Below are positions 55,094 through 64,000 of a stretch of DNA of 64,000 nt, in pieces (the first letter of the stretch is position 1; the number at the start of each line of letters is the position of its first letter). Both the position numbers and the translations under genes were made by a program. Under the pieces are notes generated by a model, which saw only the letters and a list, made by a program, of their open reading frames with translations, was not told where the DNA came from and searched no databases. The stretch is from a virus. Taxonomy: Duplodnaviria > Caudoviricetes. The stretch lies in the IMG/VR virus record IMGVR_UViG_3300047160_007019, positions 12,994 to 76,993 of that record; one strand, given 5' to 3'.

Positions 55094-56044
55094 ATGACCG
55101 ACCTTCCATCATCCCGCCCCTGGATCGGCGGCAGTTCCATTGCCGCGATCTTATCCCTGCCTAACCCGGGCAATCGCACCCCGCTCACCGAGTACCTGCG
55201 GCTGACAGAGCCCGATAGCGAACTGGATGTGGCGGACGAGCAGTTCTTCGAAGGGCGCCGAGCATTAGAGCAATATATGGCGCACAAGCTCAGGACCCGC
55301 GGCATCGTCTGCACGACATTCAACCAACGCTACAGCGATCCCGAGTTTCCATGGCTCCGCGCCGAAATTGATGCCGAATCGGAAGGAGCCAACCAGGAGT
55401 TCAAGACATCAACCGAATGGTTGTCCCGCGAGTTCGGTGCCGAAGGCAGCGACGACTTCCCGATGTATCAGGCCGCCCAGGTGCAGTGGGGACTTGGAAT
55501 CCACCACCAGCCGGTGGCTTACCTGAACGTCTGCCTAGGCTTCGACCGGTTCCAGCGCTACCCCGTAGAGCCTGATCCTGAACTGTTCCAGCAGATGCGG
55601 CGGCGGGCCATTGACTTCATGCAGAACCATGTCATTCCTCGCGTGCCACCACCACCGATCAACCTAGAGGATGCGAAGCATCTATGGCCAACGTCCATGG
55701 CCCGCTCGATCCTCGCGGACGAGGCCATGATGGACAAGTTGGCGCGGCACGCCGAGCTCCGGCAGCACGGCAAGGATCTGGAAGCCGAGGCCGACCAGGT
55801 GAAGTTGGCCGTACAGCAGATGCTGCAGGATGCGGACCAGGCGCTGGGGGCGAACGGCAAGCCCGTAGTGACTTGGCGCAGCAACAAAGATTCCCAGGTG
55901 CTGGACAAGGACGAATTGATTCAGCGCCTGCAGGCTAAGCTGCTTGAGCACGGCAACTACGTGGACTGGATCAGTGAGACGCGAAAGGCGCTCGTGACCA
56001 CGAAGCCGGGAGCCAGAGTTTTTTTAAACAAGGTTGGAAAGTAA
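55094..56044 (+). CDS. YqaJ-like (lambda-exonuclease family) nuclease
   Basis: IGGSSIAAIL, GRALE, RAEIDA, EFKT, QVQWGL; upstream of recT. Confidence 0.85.
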   Translation: MTDLPSSRPWIGGSSIAAILSLPNPGNRTPLTEYLRLTEPDSELDVADEQFFEGRRALEQYMAHKLRTRGIVCTTFNQRYSDPEFPWLRAEIDAESEGANQEFKTSTEWLSREFGAEGSDDFPMYQAAQVQWGLGIHHQPVAYLNVCLGFDRFQRYPVEPDPELFQQMRRRAIDFMQNHVIPRVPPPPINLEDAKHLWPTSMARSILADEAMMDKLARHAELRQHGKDLEAEADQVKLAVQQMLQDADQALGANGKPVVTWRSNKDSQVLDKDELIQRLQAKLLEHGNYVDWISETRKALVTTKPGARVFLNKVGK

Positions 56045-56050
56045 ACCACC

Positions 56051-56323
56051 ATGGCAAAAGCAAAACCCCTGAAAACCATCACCCTAGACCTGGGCCAGCT
56101 GCGCGAGCTGGTTAAGCAGCGCGTGGAGAAAGACGGACTGAGCGTGGTGTCCGATGACCTGGGCATCCATAAGTCCTGGCTGTCCCGGTTCGTCCGCGCC
56201 GAGGAGAACTTCGAGAAGCCATCCAAGCGGCTGATGGAGGCATTGAAGATCACCTGTGAGGTAGAGGTGCGGTACTTGGTACCAGCGGATCTGGTTCTGT
56301 CCCCCGGCTTGCCGGATCGGTGA
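56051..56323 (+). CDS. XRE-like HTH protein
   Basis: LSVVSDDLGIHKSWLSRFV..PSKRLMEAL. Confidence 0.65.
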   Translation: MAKAKPLKTITLDLGQLRELVKQRVEKDGLSVVSDDLGIHKSWLSRFVRAEENFEKPSKRLMEALKITCEVEVRYLVPADLVLSPGLPDR

Positions 56324-56326
56324 ATT

Positions 56327-56344
56327 GTTGCTAATGTTTGCAAC
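56327..56344. promoter_or_regulatory. Palindromic operator GTTGC-N8-GCAAC
   Basis: Perfect copy immediately after the HTH gene. Confidence 0.6.
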
Positions 56345-56432
56345 ACACTGAAATAGCGAGGCCCCGCAAGGACCGACTCCAAGCGGGGCCTCTACCAGCA
56401 GCAACGTCACTTGTGAGAGGAGAGCGTCACCG

Positions 56433-56696
56433 ATGGCTGGATTTGAGGCTACAACGACAATCCGCGCCGATGCAAGACCCAAGCACCGCTTCGTCGTAAA
56501 GGCCCAGCGCAGCATCGAACCCAAGGGGCAGATGCTGTTCTACAACCAGCATCGCACACGCCTGATGCAGTATCCGCTGAGTCCAACCTGGGATCGGCAT
56601 TTCGGCAGGAACGACAAACTTTTCTGTGAGGTTGATTGGCCGGACGATGCCAGTCCTCCTTCCTTTGTTCAATACGTCAGATGGAGAAACTGGTAA
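56433..56696 (+). CDS. Hypothetical protein
   Basis: RBS GAGGAG; MFYNQ.R motif. Confidence 0.55.
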   Translation: MAGFEATTTIRADARPKHRFVVKAQRSIEPKGQMLFYNQHRTRLMQYPLSPTWDRHFGRNDKLFCEVDWPDDASPPSFVQYVRWRNW

Positions 56697-57748
56697 TGAC
56701 CGAGCAAACCCAAACGCAACAGCTTGCGGAGCCTACGCAGAAGGAGAAAAAGTCCTTCCTGACCATGCTGGAGTCGATGAAGCCCCAACTTGCTGCGGCT
56801 TTGCCGAAGCATCTGTCGCCGGATCGCATGGTGCGCGTCGCCCTGACCTGCTATCGCATGACGCCAGCGCTCCGCGAATGCACGCCGGAGTCGGTGATCG
56901 GGGCCATCGTGCAGTGCGCGCAGCTTGGTTTGGAACCCGGGCTATTGGGCCAGGCTTGGATGATTCCTTTCAAGCGCAACCAGAAGCAGCCTGACGGCTC
57001 CTGGAAGTCCTGGAAGGAGTGCCAGTTCATCCCCGGCTATAAGGGTCTTATCGCCCTGGCCCGTCGCTCCGGCGAGGTGACCTCGATCAGCACGGAAATC
57101 GTCTACGAAAAAGACAAGTTCAAGCTCACCCTGGGTGTTGAACCGAACGTGGAGCACGAGCCGTATCTGGAAGGCGACCGCGGCAAGCCTCGCCTTGTGT
57201 ACGGCGTCGCCAAGTTCAAGGATGGCGGCTACCACCTCGAATGGATGGGCATCAACGACGTCGAGAAGATCCGCCTGCGCAGCAAGGCCAAGGACGACGG
57301 CCCGTGGAAAACCGACTACGAACAAATGGTACGGAAAACCGTTATCAGGCGCATGTCCAACTACCTGCCGATGTCGGTGGAACTGGCCAGTGCAATCGCA
57401 GTAAGCGATGCTCACGACGACGGCCGCAGCGCCAAACTGGTGCTGGACGGCGAGTATATGGACGTCACCACGTCGAACGTGGACGAAGGCGATGAGCCAC
57501 CGCCGGATCGAGGCACCGCTGGCCTGAAGGATAAGGTTGGAGGCATTGCGCCGGCTACCACTCCGGTTCCGACGCAAGTCGAGCACAATCCTGACGAGAT
57601 ACCGAAGTTCAACGGCCCGAAAAAGCAAGCGGAGCCGGCCCAGCAGCAGCGCCAGGAACCGCCCAACCCACAGGCACAGCAACAGCCTGCCGCTCAGGGC
57701 CAGCCGGCTACCGCGCGGAAGCGGCCTACCATCGGTGCGGCGGAGTAA
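56696..57748 (+). CDS. recT: RecT single-strand annealing protein
   Basis: CAQLGLEPG.LGQAWMIPF, FIPGYKGLIALARRSG, GPWKTDYEQMVRKTVIRR. Confidence 0.93.
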   Translation: MTEQTQTQQLAEPTQKEKKSFLTMLESMKPQLAAALPKHLSPDRMVRVALTCYRMTPALRECTPESVIGAIVQCAQLGLEPGLLGQAWMIPFKRNQKQPDGSWKSWKECQFIPGYKGLIALARRSGEVTSISTEIVYEKDKFKLTLGVEPNVEHEPYLEGDRGKPRLVYGVAKFKDGGYHLEWMGINDVEKIRLRSKAKDDGPWKTDYEQMVRKTVIRRMSNYLPMSVELASAIAVSDAHDDGRSAKLVLDGEYMDVTTSNVDEGDEPPPDRGTAGLKDKVGGIAPATTPVPTQVEHNPDEIPKFNGPKKQAEPAQQQRQEPPNPQAQQQPAAQGQPATARKRPTIGAAE

Positions 57749-57783
57749 GCCATGAACAACCCGAACACCAAGGAGTAATCCCC

Positions 57784-59574
57784 ATGCAGTTGCAACATCT
57801 GGAGCTACACAACTTCTGGCGCCTGCAGAAATTTGCTGGCGTCATCGCACCTTTCACTGCGGTTGTAGGGCCGAACGGAAGCGGAAAGACGACGATTCGC
57901 AAATCTATCGAATTCGCATTTTGCGGCGGCACGCTGGACGCAGGCCGTGGCAAGGACAACGCCGCTCTCCTGCTCCACAACGGCGCCGATGCCGGGCTGG
58001 TCAAGGTGCTGTCCGATGGCGTCGAGATCGCCCGCGACGTGGCCAGTGGCAAGACTGTTGGGCCGGAACCAAAGCTACCGGCCACTTTGCCTTTCGTCCT
58101 GCGCGCCGACGAGTTCGCCAAAGACAGCACGGATCGGCGCACCGTCCTGTTTTCCGTCATGGGATTGTCCACCGGTCCCGAGGAAATCGTGCGGCGGCTT
58201 CTGGATAAGGGTTGCGACAAAGGCATGGTCGATGCCGTGAAGCATCTCCTGGGGCCCGGCATCTTCGCCGCCGCCATCACCGAGGCGGAGCGCCAGCGCC
58301 TGCAGCAGAAGGGAGCGTGGTGTGAAGTGACCGGCCGCGGCCAATACGGCTCCAAGATCGCGGCGGAGTGGGGAGCCGATCTGCCCACGGTCACGCTGGA
58401 GTCTCTGGAGGCGCAGTACGGCCCCATGTCGCAAGTGGTCGACGACATCCCGCTGTGGCGCAACATCATCGCGGCGCAGAACAAGTTGCTGGGTGAGCTG
58501 AAGGTCTACGAGGACAACCAAGCGAAGCTGCCAGGCCTCAAGGAGCAGGGAAAGCAGCACGCAACCCTGACAGAGAAACTGAAGAACCAGCGGCAGCAGT
58601 ACAACGACCTGAAGGCGCAATACGAGGCCATCGGAGCCGCGCTAGTTCAGCAGCCGGCCGCCGAGGCATCGGCTACGCCTAAGCGCCGAGGCAAGGGCGC
58701 TCAGACCGTGGGTGGCCAGCAGATTCACGAGATTGTCTGCGACCACTGCGGCGCTATCAACCGTAAAATCTACGGCAATGGTGTCTTTACCACGGCACCG
58801 GAAGCCGCACCAGCCGATCCGGAGCCGAAACGCGAACTGACCACGGAGGAAACTTCGCAGCGCGACAACCTGCAGAACCAGATGGCTGAGATGTCCCGGC
58901 AGATGGGCATCACCGAAAACAAGATCCGCGAATGCGATGCCGCGCTGGCGCTCGCCGCCGAAATCGAAAAGCAGACCTTGCGGCCGGAGTTGTCCGAGGC
59001 TTCGCAACGCCTGAGCGAAGCCGAGGACGGCCTGCGGGAGTGCCAGGAAGCCGAAGCGCAGATGAAGGCCGCAAGGGACGGCGCGGAGCAGGCACAGGTG
59101 AAAACGGATCGCGCCTACGCCCTGCACCTGGGTGTGCAGAAGTGGGAACACCTCCTCAAGGAACTGGGACCTGACGGCGTGCCGAAAGACATCTTGTCAG
59201 CCGCCCTGGACCCGCTGGACAACCTCCTGCAAGTCGCCGCCGAAGCGACCGGGTGGCCCAAGGTCGAGCTGGACGAAAACCTCAACATCTATGCCGGCGG
59301 ATACGTCTATCGAATGCTGAGCGAGAGCTACCAGTATCGCGCCGATGCACATCTGGCGTGGGCCATCGCCAAGCTGTCTGGAATCAACATGCTGCTGCTT
59401 GACCGGGCTGATGTTCTTGATCTGGCGGGAAGGGCCGAACTGATGAACTGGCTGTATCAGGAAAGCCTGGACAATGGATTCCAGACCATCCTGTTCATGA
59501 CGCTGAAGCAACAGCCCAACTTGCCGGAGGAAGGCACCGCAGTATTTTGGTTGGGCGACGTGCCGGAAGCCTGA
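57784..59574 (+). CDS. SMC/Rad50-like AAA ATPase with coiled coil and CxxC hook
   Basis: GPNGSGKTT, CDHC, LSESYQYR signature, LLLDRAD. Confidence 0.8.
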   Translation: MQLQHLELHNFWRLQKFAGVIAPFTAVVGPNGSGKTTIRKSIEFAFCGGTLDAGRGKDNAALLLHNGADAGLVKVLSDGVEIARDVASGKTVGPEPKLPATLPFVLRADEFAKDSTDRRTVLFSVMGLSTGPEEIVRRLLDKGCDKGMVDAVKHLLGPGIFAAAITEAERQRLQQKGAWCEVTGRGQYGSKIAAEWGADLPTVTLESLEAQYGPMSQVVDDIPLWRNIIAAQNKLLGELKVYEDNQAKLPGLKEQGKQHATLTEKLKNQRQQYNDLKAQYEAIGAALVQQPAAEASATPKRRGKGAQTVGGQQIHEIVCDHCGAINRKIYGNGVFTTAPEAAPADPEPKRELTTEETSQRDNLQNQMAEMSRQMGITENKIRECDAALALAAEIEKQTLRPELSEASQRLSEAEDGLRECQEAEAQMKAARDGAEQAQVKTDRAYALHLGVQKWEHLLKELGPDGVPKDILSAALDPLDNLLQVAAEATGWPKVELDENLNIYAGGYVYRMLSESYQYRADAHLAWAIAKLSGINMLLLDRADVLDLAGRAELMNWLYQESLDNGFQTILFMTLKQQPNLPEEGTAVFWLGDVPEA

Positions 59575-59576
59575 TT

Positions 59577-60104
59577 GTGGCGGGCGAGGCCATATTTCTG
59601 AGGGTCATCAGCGCCACCGTGGACGGGACGCAACGACGGGTATTCATCGCCGCCGATGAGGACTCCGCCGGGTTCCTGGCCGAACGTAAGCTGCGGCTAG
59701 GAGAGCAAGTAACCGCTCTCCTGTCGGAGAACAACGACCCGCAACAATGGCGCTACGCCCACGCCCTGGGCCGATTGCTCTCCAACAACATCGAGGCCTT
59801 TGCCGGTCTGAACTCGCACGATACGATCAAGGCCCTGCAACTGCGCAGCGGTGCCGAGTGCCAGGAGACGATGCTGGGCGGGGTGACGGTGCCATGCCCA
59901 GAGTGCGGCACCGAATTCCGACTGCCGCCAATCCTCTGCCGACAACCGCGGAGCCTGTCGATCGAGAAGATGCCGCGGCTGCGCTTCGAGCGGTTCCTGC
60001 GGCGGGTCAAGCAGTACGTCATCAAGTTTCATTGGCCATCGTCCAGTGATGGCGAGATTGACGCCATGGTTTCAAATCTGATGAACGGCGCTGGTGGCGC
60101 TTAA
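59577..60104 (+). CDS. DUF1367-like recombination accessory protein
   Basis: PRSLSIEKMPRLRFERF pattern; position in the module. Confidence 0.5.
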   Translation: MAGEAIFLRVISATVDGTQRRVFIAADEDSAGFLAERKLRLGEQVTALLSENNDPQQWRYAHALGRLLSNNIEAFAGLNSHDTIKALQLRSGAECQETMLGGVTVPCPECGTEFRLPPILCRQPRSLSIEKMPRLRFERFLRRVKQYVIKFHWPSSSDGEIDAMVSNLMNGAGGA

Positions 60105-60120
60105 ACCAAAGGGGTTTTGG

Positions 60121-60411
60121 ATGAAAAAGGTCTACAAGTACGGACTGCCTAACCATGGAATCAAGACCATGGTGATGCCGGCCGGCGCCGAGCTGCTTCA
60201 CGTCGAGTATCAAGGTGCCATTACCAATTACCATGAGCCCGGCATCAAGCTGTGGGCGATGGTCGATGAGCGCGCTCAAGAGACCGAGGCACGGCGCTTG
60301 TACATCGCGCGAACCGGAGAGGACCTACCGGAAGAACGTAAGCGATACATTGGGACAGTGCTGATTGACAATGGCCAGTACGCCGTCCACGTCTTCGAGC
60401 TCTCCCTGTGA
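60121..60411 (+). CDS. Conserved phage protein (VYKY..LWAMVD..YIGTV)
   Basis: Recurrent phage motif pattern. Confidence 0.6.
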   Translation: MKKVYKYGLPNHGIKTMVMPAGAELLHVEYQGAITNYHEPGIKLWAMVDERAQETEARRLYIARTGEDLPEERKRYIGTVLIDNGQYAVHVFELSL

Positions 60412-60523
60412 ACGGTGACGCCAGTGCTTTCTGCCAGCAAATCGACGGCTGCAAGCGCGTGCTGGTGCTGCGCCGCGGAGGTCTGGTGACTCCCGCCGAC
60501 GTATTGTTTCCGGAGGGCCTGCG

Positions 60524-60727
60524 GTGAACAATAAGACGCCCGAGGTCCGCAACATCTGCGCGAAGCTTGGTATCTCTATTGCAACCTATTACAGGCGCAA
60601 GCGCGCCGGCACCCCGTTGGATGCGCCGATCCCATCGGCCAGCGCCATAGCGAGAAATTCATCACGGAATTCTCCATGGCGCTCCTTCAAACTGAAAGGC
60701 AGCATCAACCAGGAGTCATCGGAATGA
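60524..60727 (+). CDS. Small HTH protein
   Basis: ICAKLGISIATYYRR. Confidence 0.55.
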   Translation: MNNKTPEVRNICAKLGISIATYYRRKRAGTPLDAPIPSASAIARNSSRNSPWRSFKLKGSINQESSE

Positions 60728-60945
60728 TGATCGCACAGATGGACAACGGCGCAGTCGTGATTGGACTGACTCGCGAAGAAGTGGAGACGAGTTTTGCGAA
60801 GGGTCCGATCAACCTAAGCAGCGGCGAGTATCCGCTGCCCGAGGACATGAAGCTGGTGTTGATGTTCGGCAAGGATGGAGAGGCTTTGAAGGATCTGATG
60901 GCTACGACGTTCTCCATGCGGCCGGCGTCCACCACCTCGCACTAA
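60724..60945 (+). CDS. Hypothetical protein
   Basis: Coupled ORF with RBS AGGAG. Confidence 0.5.
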   Translation: MMIAQMDNGAVVIGLTREEVETSFAKGPINLSSGEYPLPEDMKLVLMFGKDGEALKDLMATTFSMRPASTTSH

Positions 60946-60987
60946 AATGAGAAGCGCAAAGCGTTCAATGGGGAGGCCGAGCGATGG

Positions 60988-61212
60988 ATGCGCGAAGATC
61001 AAGCCATGCAAAAAATCATCCCCATCGCCACCGACGATTCCGGCACCAAAGTCCACTTGTCAGGCCGAGCCTGGTTCGCGGACGGTCTTGGCAGCGCCAG
61101 CAGCGCCAGCAGCGCCAGGAAGCAAGCTTCGGCACAGATAGCCGAAATCCCCCTCCCCTTGGCCCAACATATCGCCCGAACCTATTTCCCTAAGGAGAAA
61201 CTGAAGTGCTGA
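60988..61212 (+). CDS. Hypothetical protein
   Basis: Short ORF. Confidence 0.35.
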   Translation: MREDQAMQKIIPIATDDSGTKVHLSGRAWFADGLGSASSASSARKQASAQIAEIPLPLAQHIARTYFPKEKLKC

Positions 61213-61418
61213 AAGACGAAGTGATTGCCTGGCTGCAACATATTCCCGATTCGGAAGAACTCTGGATCGTCAGAGCCCAGGACATATGCGCTGCTGGCAA
61301 CGTTCGTGATTGGGCGCATCGCGCAGCCGAGGCAGGCTCTCCGACCTACAAAGTCAACAATGCACTGGCGACTGCGGATCGGATGGAGAAGCACGAACCA
61401 CGCAAGATACCGGACTGA
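61206..61418 (+). CDS. Hypothetical protein
   Basis: RBS AAGGAG. Confidence 0.45.
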   Translation: MLKDEVIAWLQHIPDSEELWIVRAQDICAAGNVRDWAHRAAEAGSPTYKVNNALATADRMEKHEPRKIPD

Positions 61419-61422
61419 TGCT

Positions 61423-62469
61423 ATGGCTGATAAAACCGGCATTGAGTGGACCGATGCAACTTGGAATCCGGTCCGGGGCTGCTCTCGCAAGGATCGCGGC
61501 TGTCTCCACTGCTATGCCGAGGTCCAGGCCGCGCGCATTGAGCGCATGGACCGGGGCCGCGGTGTGGCGGTCGGGGAGGGCAGTTACGACGGACTGACGA
61601 AGATCGTCAACGGGCGGCCGACCTGGACCGGCGAGCTGCGCCAGGTGCCGGACCTGCTCGACCAGCCGCTCCGCTGGCGTCGGCCGCGGCTGATCTTCGC
61701 TAACAGTATGAGCGATCTGTTTCACGCGAACGTACCGTTCGATTTCGTCGATCAGGTATTCGCCATCATGGCGCTGGCACCGCAGCACACCTTTCAGGTG
61801 TTGACCAAGCGTCAGGACCGCATGGCCGAGTACCTTTCGGCGGCGGATTTGCAGGAGCGCATCAGTCTGCTCGCTGACGACATGGCGGCTAAATACCGGC
61901 GGCAGCGCGCAGACGAAGTTGCTGGCGGTGCTGTGTTTTGGCCGATGCCGCACGTATGGCTTGGCTTCAGCGCCCACGATCAAGCATCGTTCGACAATCG
62001 GTGGCAGGACGCACGCAAAGTTGCCGAGTTGGGATGGCTGACGTGGGTATCCCTGGAACCCTTGCTTGGCCCGGTGGATCTGTCAGAAGTGCTGGACGCG
62101 GAGTGGAGCCGCGAGGGCTGGCAATCCAACCAGCACGCCCTCGACATGCCTCTGCTGTCCTGGGTCGTAGTGGGCGGCGAGAGTGGCGACCTGGCCGAAC
62201 CCATGCACCCGGACTGGCCTGGCCTGCTGCGCGATCAGTGCAAGGCGGTTGGCGTGCCCTATCTGTTCAAACAATGGGGTGAATGGGCGCCGTTCGAAGA
62301 ATTGAGCGAGGAATTGCGCGCAAGGGACCTCGATCCAATTATCGTCCGCTTTGATGGCAGCACTTGCCAAGGCGAGTTTGTCGGCAACAACCGGCTGATG
62401 CTGCGCACAGGCAAGAAAGCCTCCGGGCGCCTACTGAAAGGCATCGAGCACAACGGCTATCCAGCCTAG
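61423..62469 (+). CDS. DUF5131 (Gp37/Gp68) family protein
   Basis: TGIEWTDATWNPVRGC..GCLHCYA, ANSMSDLF, QVLTKR, SLEPLLG, VVVGGESG, FKQWG. Confidence 0.9.
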   Translation: MADKTGIEWTDATWNPVRGCSRKDRGCLHCYAEVQAARIERMDRGRGVAVGEGSYDGLTKIVNGRPTWTGELRQVPDLLDQPLRWRRPRLIFANSMSDLFHANVPFDFVDQVFAIMALAPQHTFQVLTKRQDRMAEYLSAADLQERISLLADDMAAKYRRQRADEVAGGAVFWPMPHVWLGFSAHDQASFDNRWQDARKVAELGWLTWVSLEPLLGPVDLSEVLDAEWSREGWQSNQHALDMPLLSWVVVGGESGDLAEPMHPDWPGLLRDQCKAVGVPYLFKQWGEWAPFEELSEELRARDLDPIIVRFDGSTCQGEFVGNNRLMLRTGKKASGRLLKGIEHNGYPA

Positions 62470-62479
62470 GAACAAAGCT

Positions 62480-62719
62480 ATGTCTGAACAGAAACTCTCC
62501 CTCCGCCGAACCGAAGAACTGCTTTTATCGCCGGGCGATTACGAAGTCAGCGCGTTCACCGCCCAACTGCGCGCCACAACCGAGGTGCTGCGGGAGGTGT
62601 TGCTGTACGCGCGGCACGCCTCAGATTGTCTGATACATGGCTGGGCACCGCCGCAAAACCCGGCCCATCGCAAGTGTTCCTGCGGCCTTGACGCCGCCCT
62701 TTCCAAGATTGAGGAGTGA
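62480..62719 (+). CDS. Hypothetical protein
   Basis: H.SDC..KCSCGL motif. Confidence 0.5.
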   Translation: MSEQKLSLRRTEELLLSPGDYEVSAFTAQLRATTEVLREVLLYARHASDCLIHGWAPPQNPAHRKCSCGLDAALSKIEE

Positions 62720-62722
62720 GAG

Positions 62723-63277
62723 ATGGAATTTGAAGAATTTGCCAAGATAGCCCGTCTCAAGCGAACAGTCGTGGTGACGGAGAAAATTGACGGCACCAAT
62801 GCGCAGATCGCTTTCGACGACGCCGGCAAAATGTGGTGTGGTAGCCGCAATCGGTGGATTACTCCTGATGATGACAACTTCGGTTTTGCGCGCTGGGCCT
62901 ACGCCAACGAAGAAGAATTGCGCAAGCTCGGCCCTGGCCGACACTATGGCGAATGGTGGGGCGCTGGTGTTGGCCGGCGTTATGACCAGAGCCAAAAGAT
63001 TTTCTCCCTGTTCAACGTTGGTCGATGGACGATGCCGGGGATCGTTCTGCCTGAATGCGCGAGACTCGTTCCGGTCTTGTACCAAGGCGATTTCGACACC
63101 GCCGCCATTGACGCAGTGATCAAGAGATTGCGCAAAGAGGGAAGTCAGGCCGCGCCTGGGTTCATGCGTCCGGAGGGGATCATCCTGTACCACGTTGCGG
63201 CTCGGATGCTCTTCAAGCAGACGCTGGAAAAAGATGATGTGCCGAAGTCGGTGCAGGCAACGGATAGCCTTACATGA
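62723..63277 (+). CDS. RNA ligase (nucleotidyltransferase domain only)
   Basis: Motif I TEKIDGTNA; GSRNRWI; YGEWWG; F.LFN; PVLY.G; PEGII. Confidence 0.8.
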   Translation: MEFEEFAKIARLKRTVVVTEKIDGTNAQIAFDDAGKMWCGSRNRWITPDDDNFGFARWAYANEEELRKLGPGRHYGEWWGAGVGRRYDQSQKIFSLFNVGRWTMPGIVLPECARLVPVLYQGDFDTAAIDAVIKRLRKEGSQAAPGFMRPEGIILYHVAARMLFKQTLEKDDVPKSVQATDSLT

Positions 63278-63546
63278 CCGCCCCAGACTTCGCCGCCCTC
63301 CGCGCCAAACGGAATGCGGCTGTGCAGAAGATAATCTATGAGACTGCGCGCGAGCTTGGCCTTGATCCCAACACTGCGCTCAGCAACTTCCACCTCGACG
63401 CCTGCTACTGCGCCTGCCCGGGAGGTCCCTGCGAACACAAGTGGGATGGCCCGATCTACACCTCCGACGATGGCTGCTGCCAGAGCACGACCTGCTCCCG
63501 CTGCGGCTGCACTTCCATGAGTCATGATTTGAGGGTGATGCCTTAG
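63274..63546 (+). CDS. Cys-rich small protein
   Basis: CYCAC..CEHKWDG..CSRCG. Confidence 0.55.
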   Translation: MTAPDFAALRAKRNAAVQKIIYETARELGLDPNTALSNFHLDACYCACPGGPCEHKWDGPIYTSDDGCCQSTTCSRCGCTSMSHDLRVMP

Positions 63547-63570
63547 CCCCCGTTTATTGGAGAACCTGAA

Positions 63571-64000
63571 ATGACCCCAACCCAACAACCCCCGTCGCTG
63601 CTGGAGGCGCTGGAATCTCTCGTTCACTACTGCGAGGAATGTGATGACGACAGCCCGTCTCTGTTCAACGCCCGCGCCGCCATCGCCGCGCACAAGGCCG
63701 GGGCGCAAGAATCGTCGAACGTCTCCATCATTCGGCAGGAAGGCAACCCCGAAACATGGCTTGTGGAATGGATTGATGACGATGGCGGCGTCTATGGCAC
63801 GCTGTTTTTCGGTCCCCACGGTCGCCAGCGTGCAGAAGATTACTGCGCCATGCTCGCCGTTGCGCCCAAGCCGCCAGCGCCACCGGATGCGCCGACCGTC
63901 ACCAGCGATCCGGCGGCGGGCAGTTGGTTATCAATCGATTCAGCGCCCAAAGACGGTACACACATCCTCGCCGCTAATTTCAAGAATTACCCCGAACTGA
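63571..64000 (+). CDS. Hypothetical protein, runs off the right end
   Basis: MTPTQQPPSLLEALE...WLSIDSAPKDGTHIL. Confidence 0.55.
   Translation, partial: MTPTQQPPSLLEALESLVHYCEECDDDSPSLFNARAAIAAHKAGAQESSNVSIIRQEGNPETWLVEWIDDDGGVYGTLFFGPHGRQRAEDYCAMLAVAPKPPAPPDAPTVTSDPAAGSWLSIDSAPKDGTHILAANFKNYPEL

Overview
The window is about 64 kb of a GC-rich tailed dsDNA phage (podovirus-like) and both ends run off in coding sequence. I see no integrase, no clear cI and no CRISPR. Transcription diverges at about 47.6 kb. The leftward arm (minus strand) runs: replication initiator, DnaB, RusA, Q-like regulator, a 37-tRNA array covering all 20 amino acids plus an HNH gene, an IS1595 remnant that truncates a further Met tRNA, a structured ncRNA candidate, an Acb2-containing small-gene cluster, TerS/TerL, portal, scaffold, capsid, head-tail and tail genes, lysis genes and ejection proteins. 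The rightward arm carries a Cys-repeat protein, an SNF2-like helicase, a DNA methylase, an XF1762 gene frameshifted in a G9 tract, an inverted J-domain cassette, YqaJ/RecT/SMC-like recombination genes, DUF5131 and an RNA ligase. The main hidden feature is the major capsid gene. It is split by two tandem group I introns around a 9-nt micro-exon (TGG GAA GGT, Trp-Glu-Gly), and the two ribozymes have different P3 and P7 pairings. Other notable signals are a GTTGC-N8-RCAAC palindrome at five intergenic sites (four overlapping predicted promoters), many non-canonical tRNAs, two structured RNA candidates and a small basic gene nested inside the giant virion gene. All family assignments come from motif recognition by eye; no searches were run.
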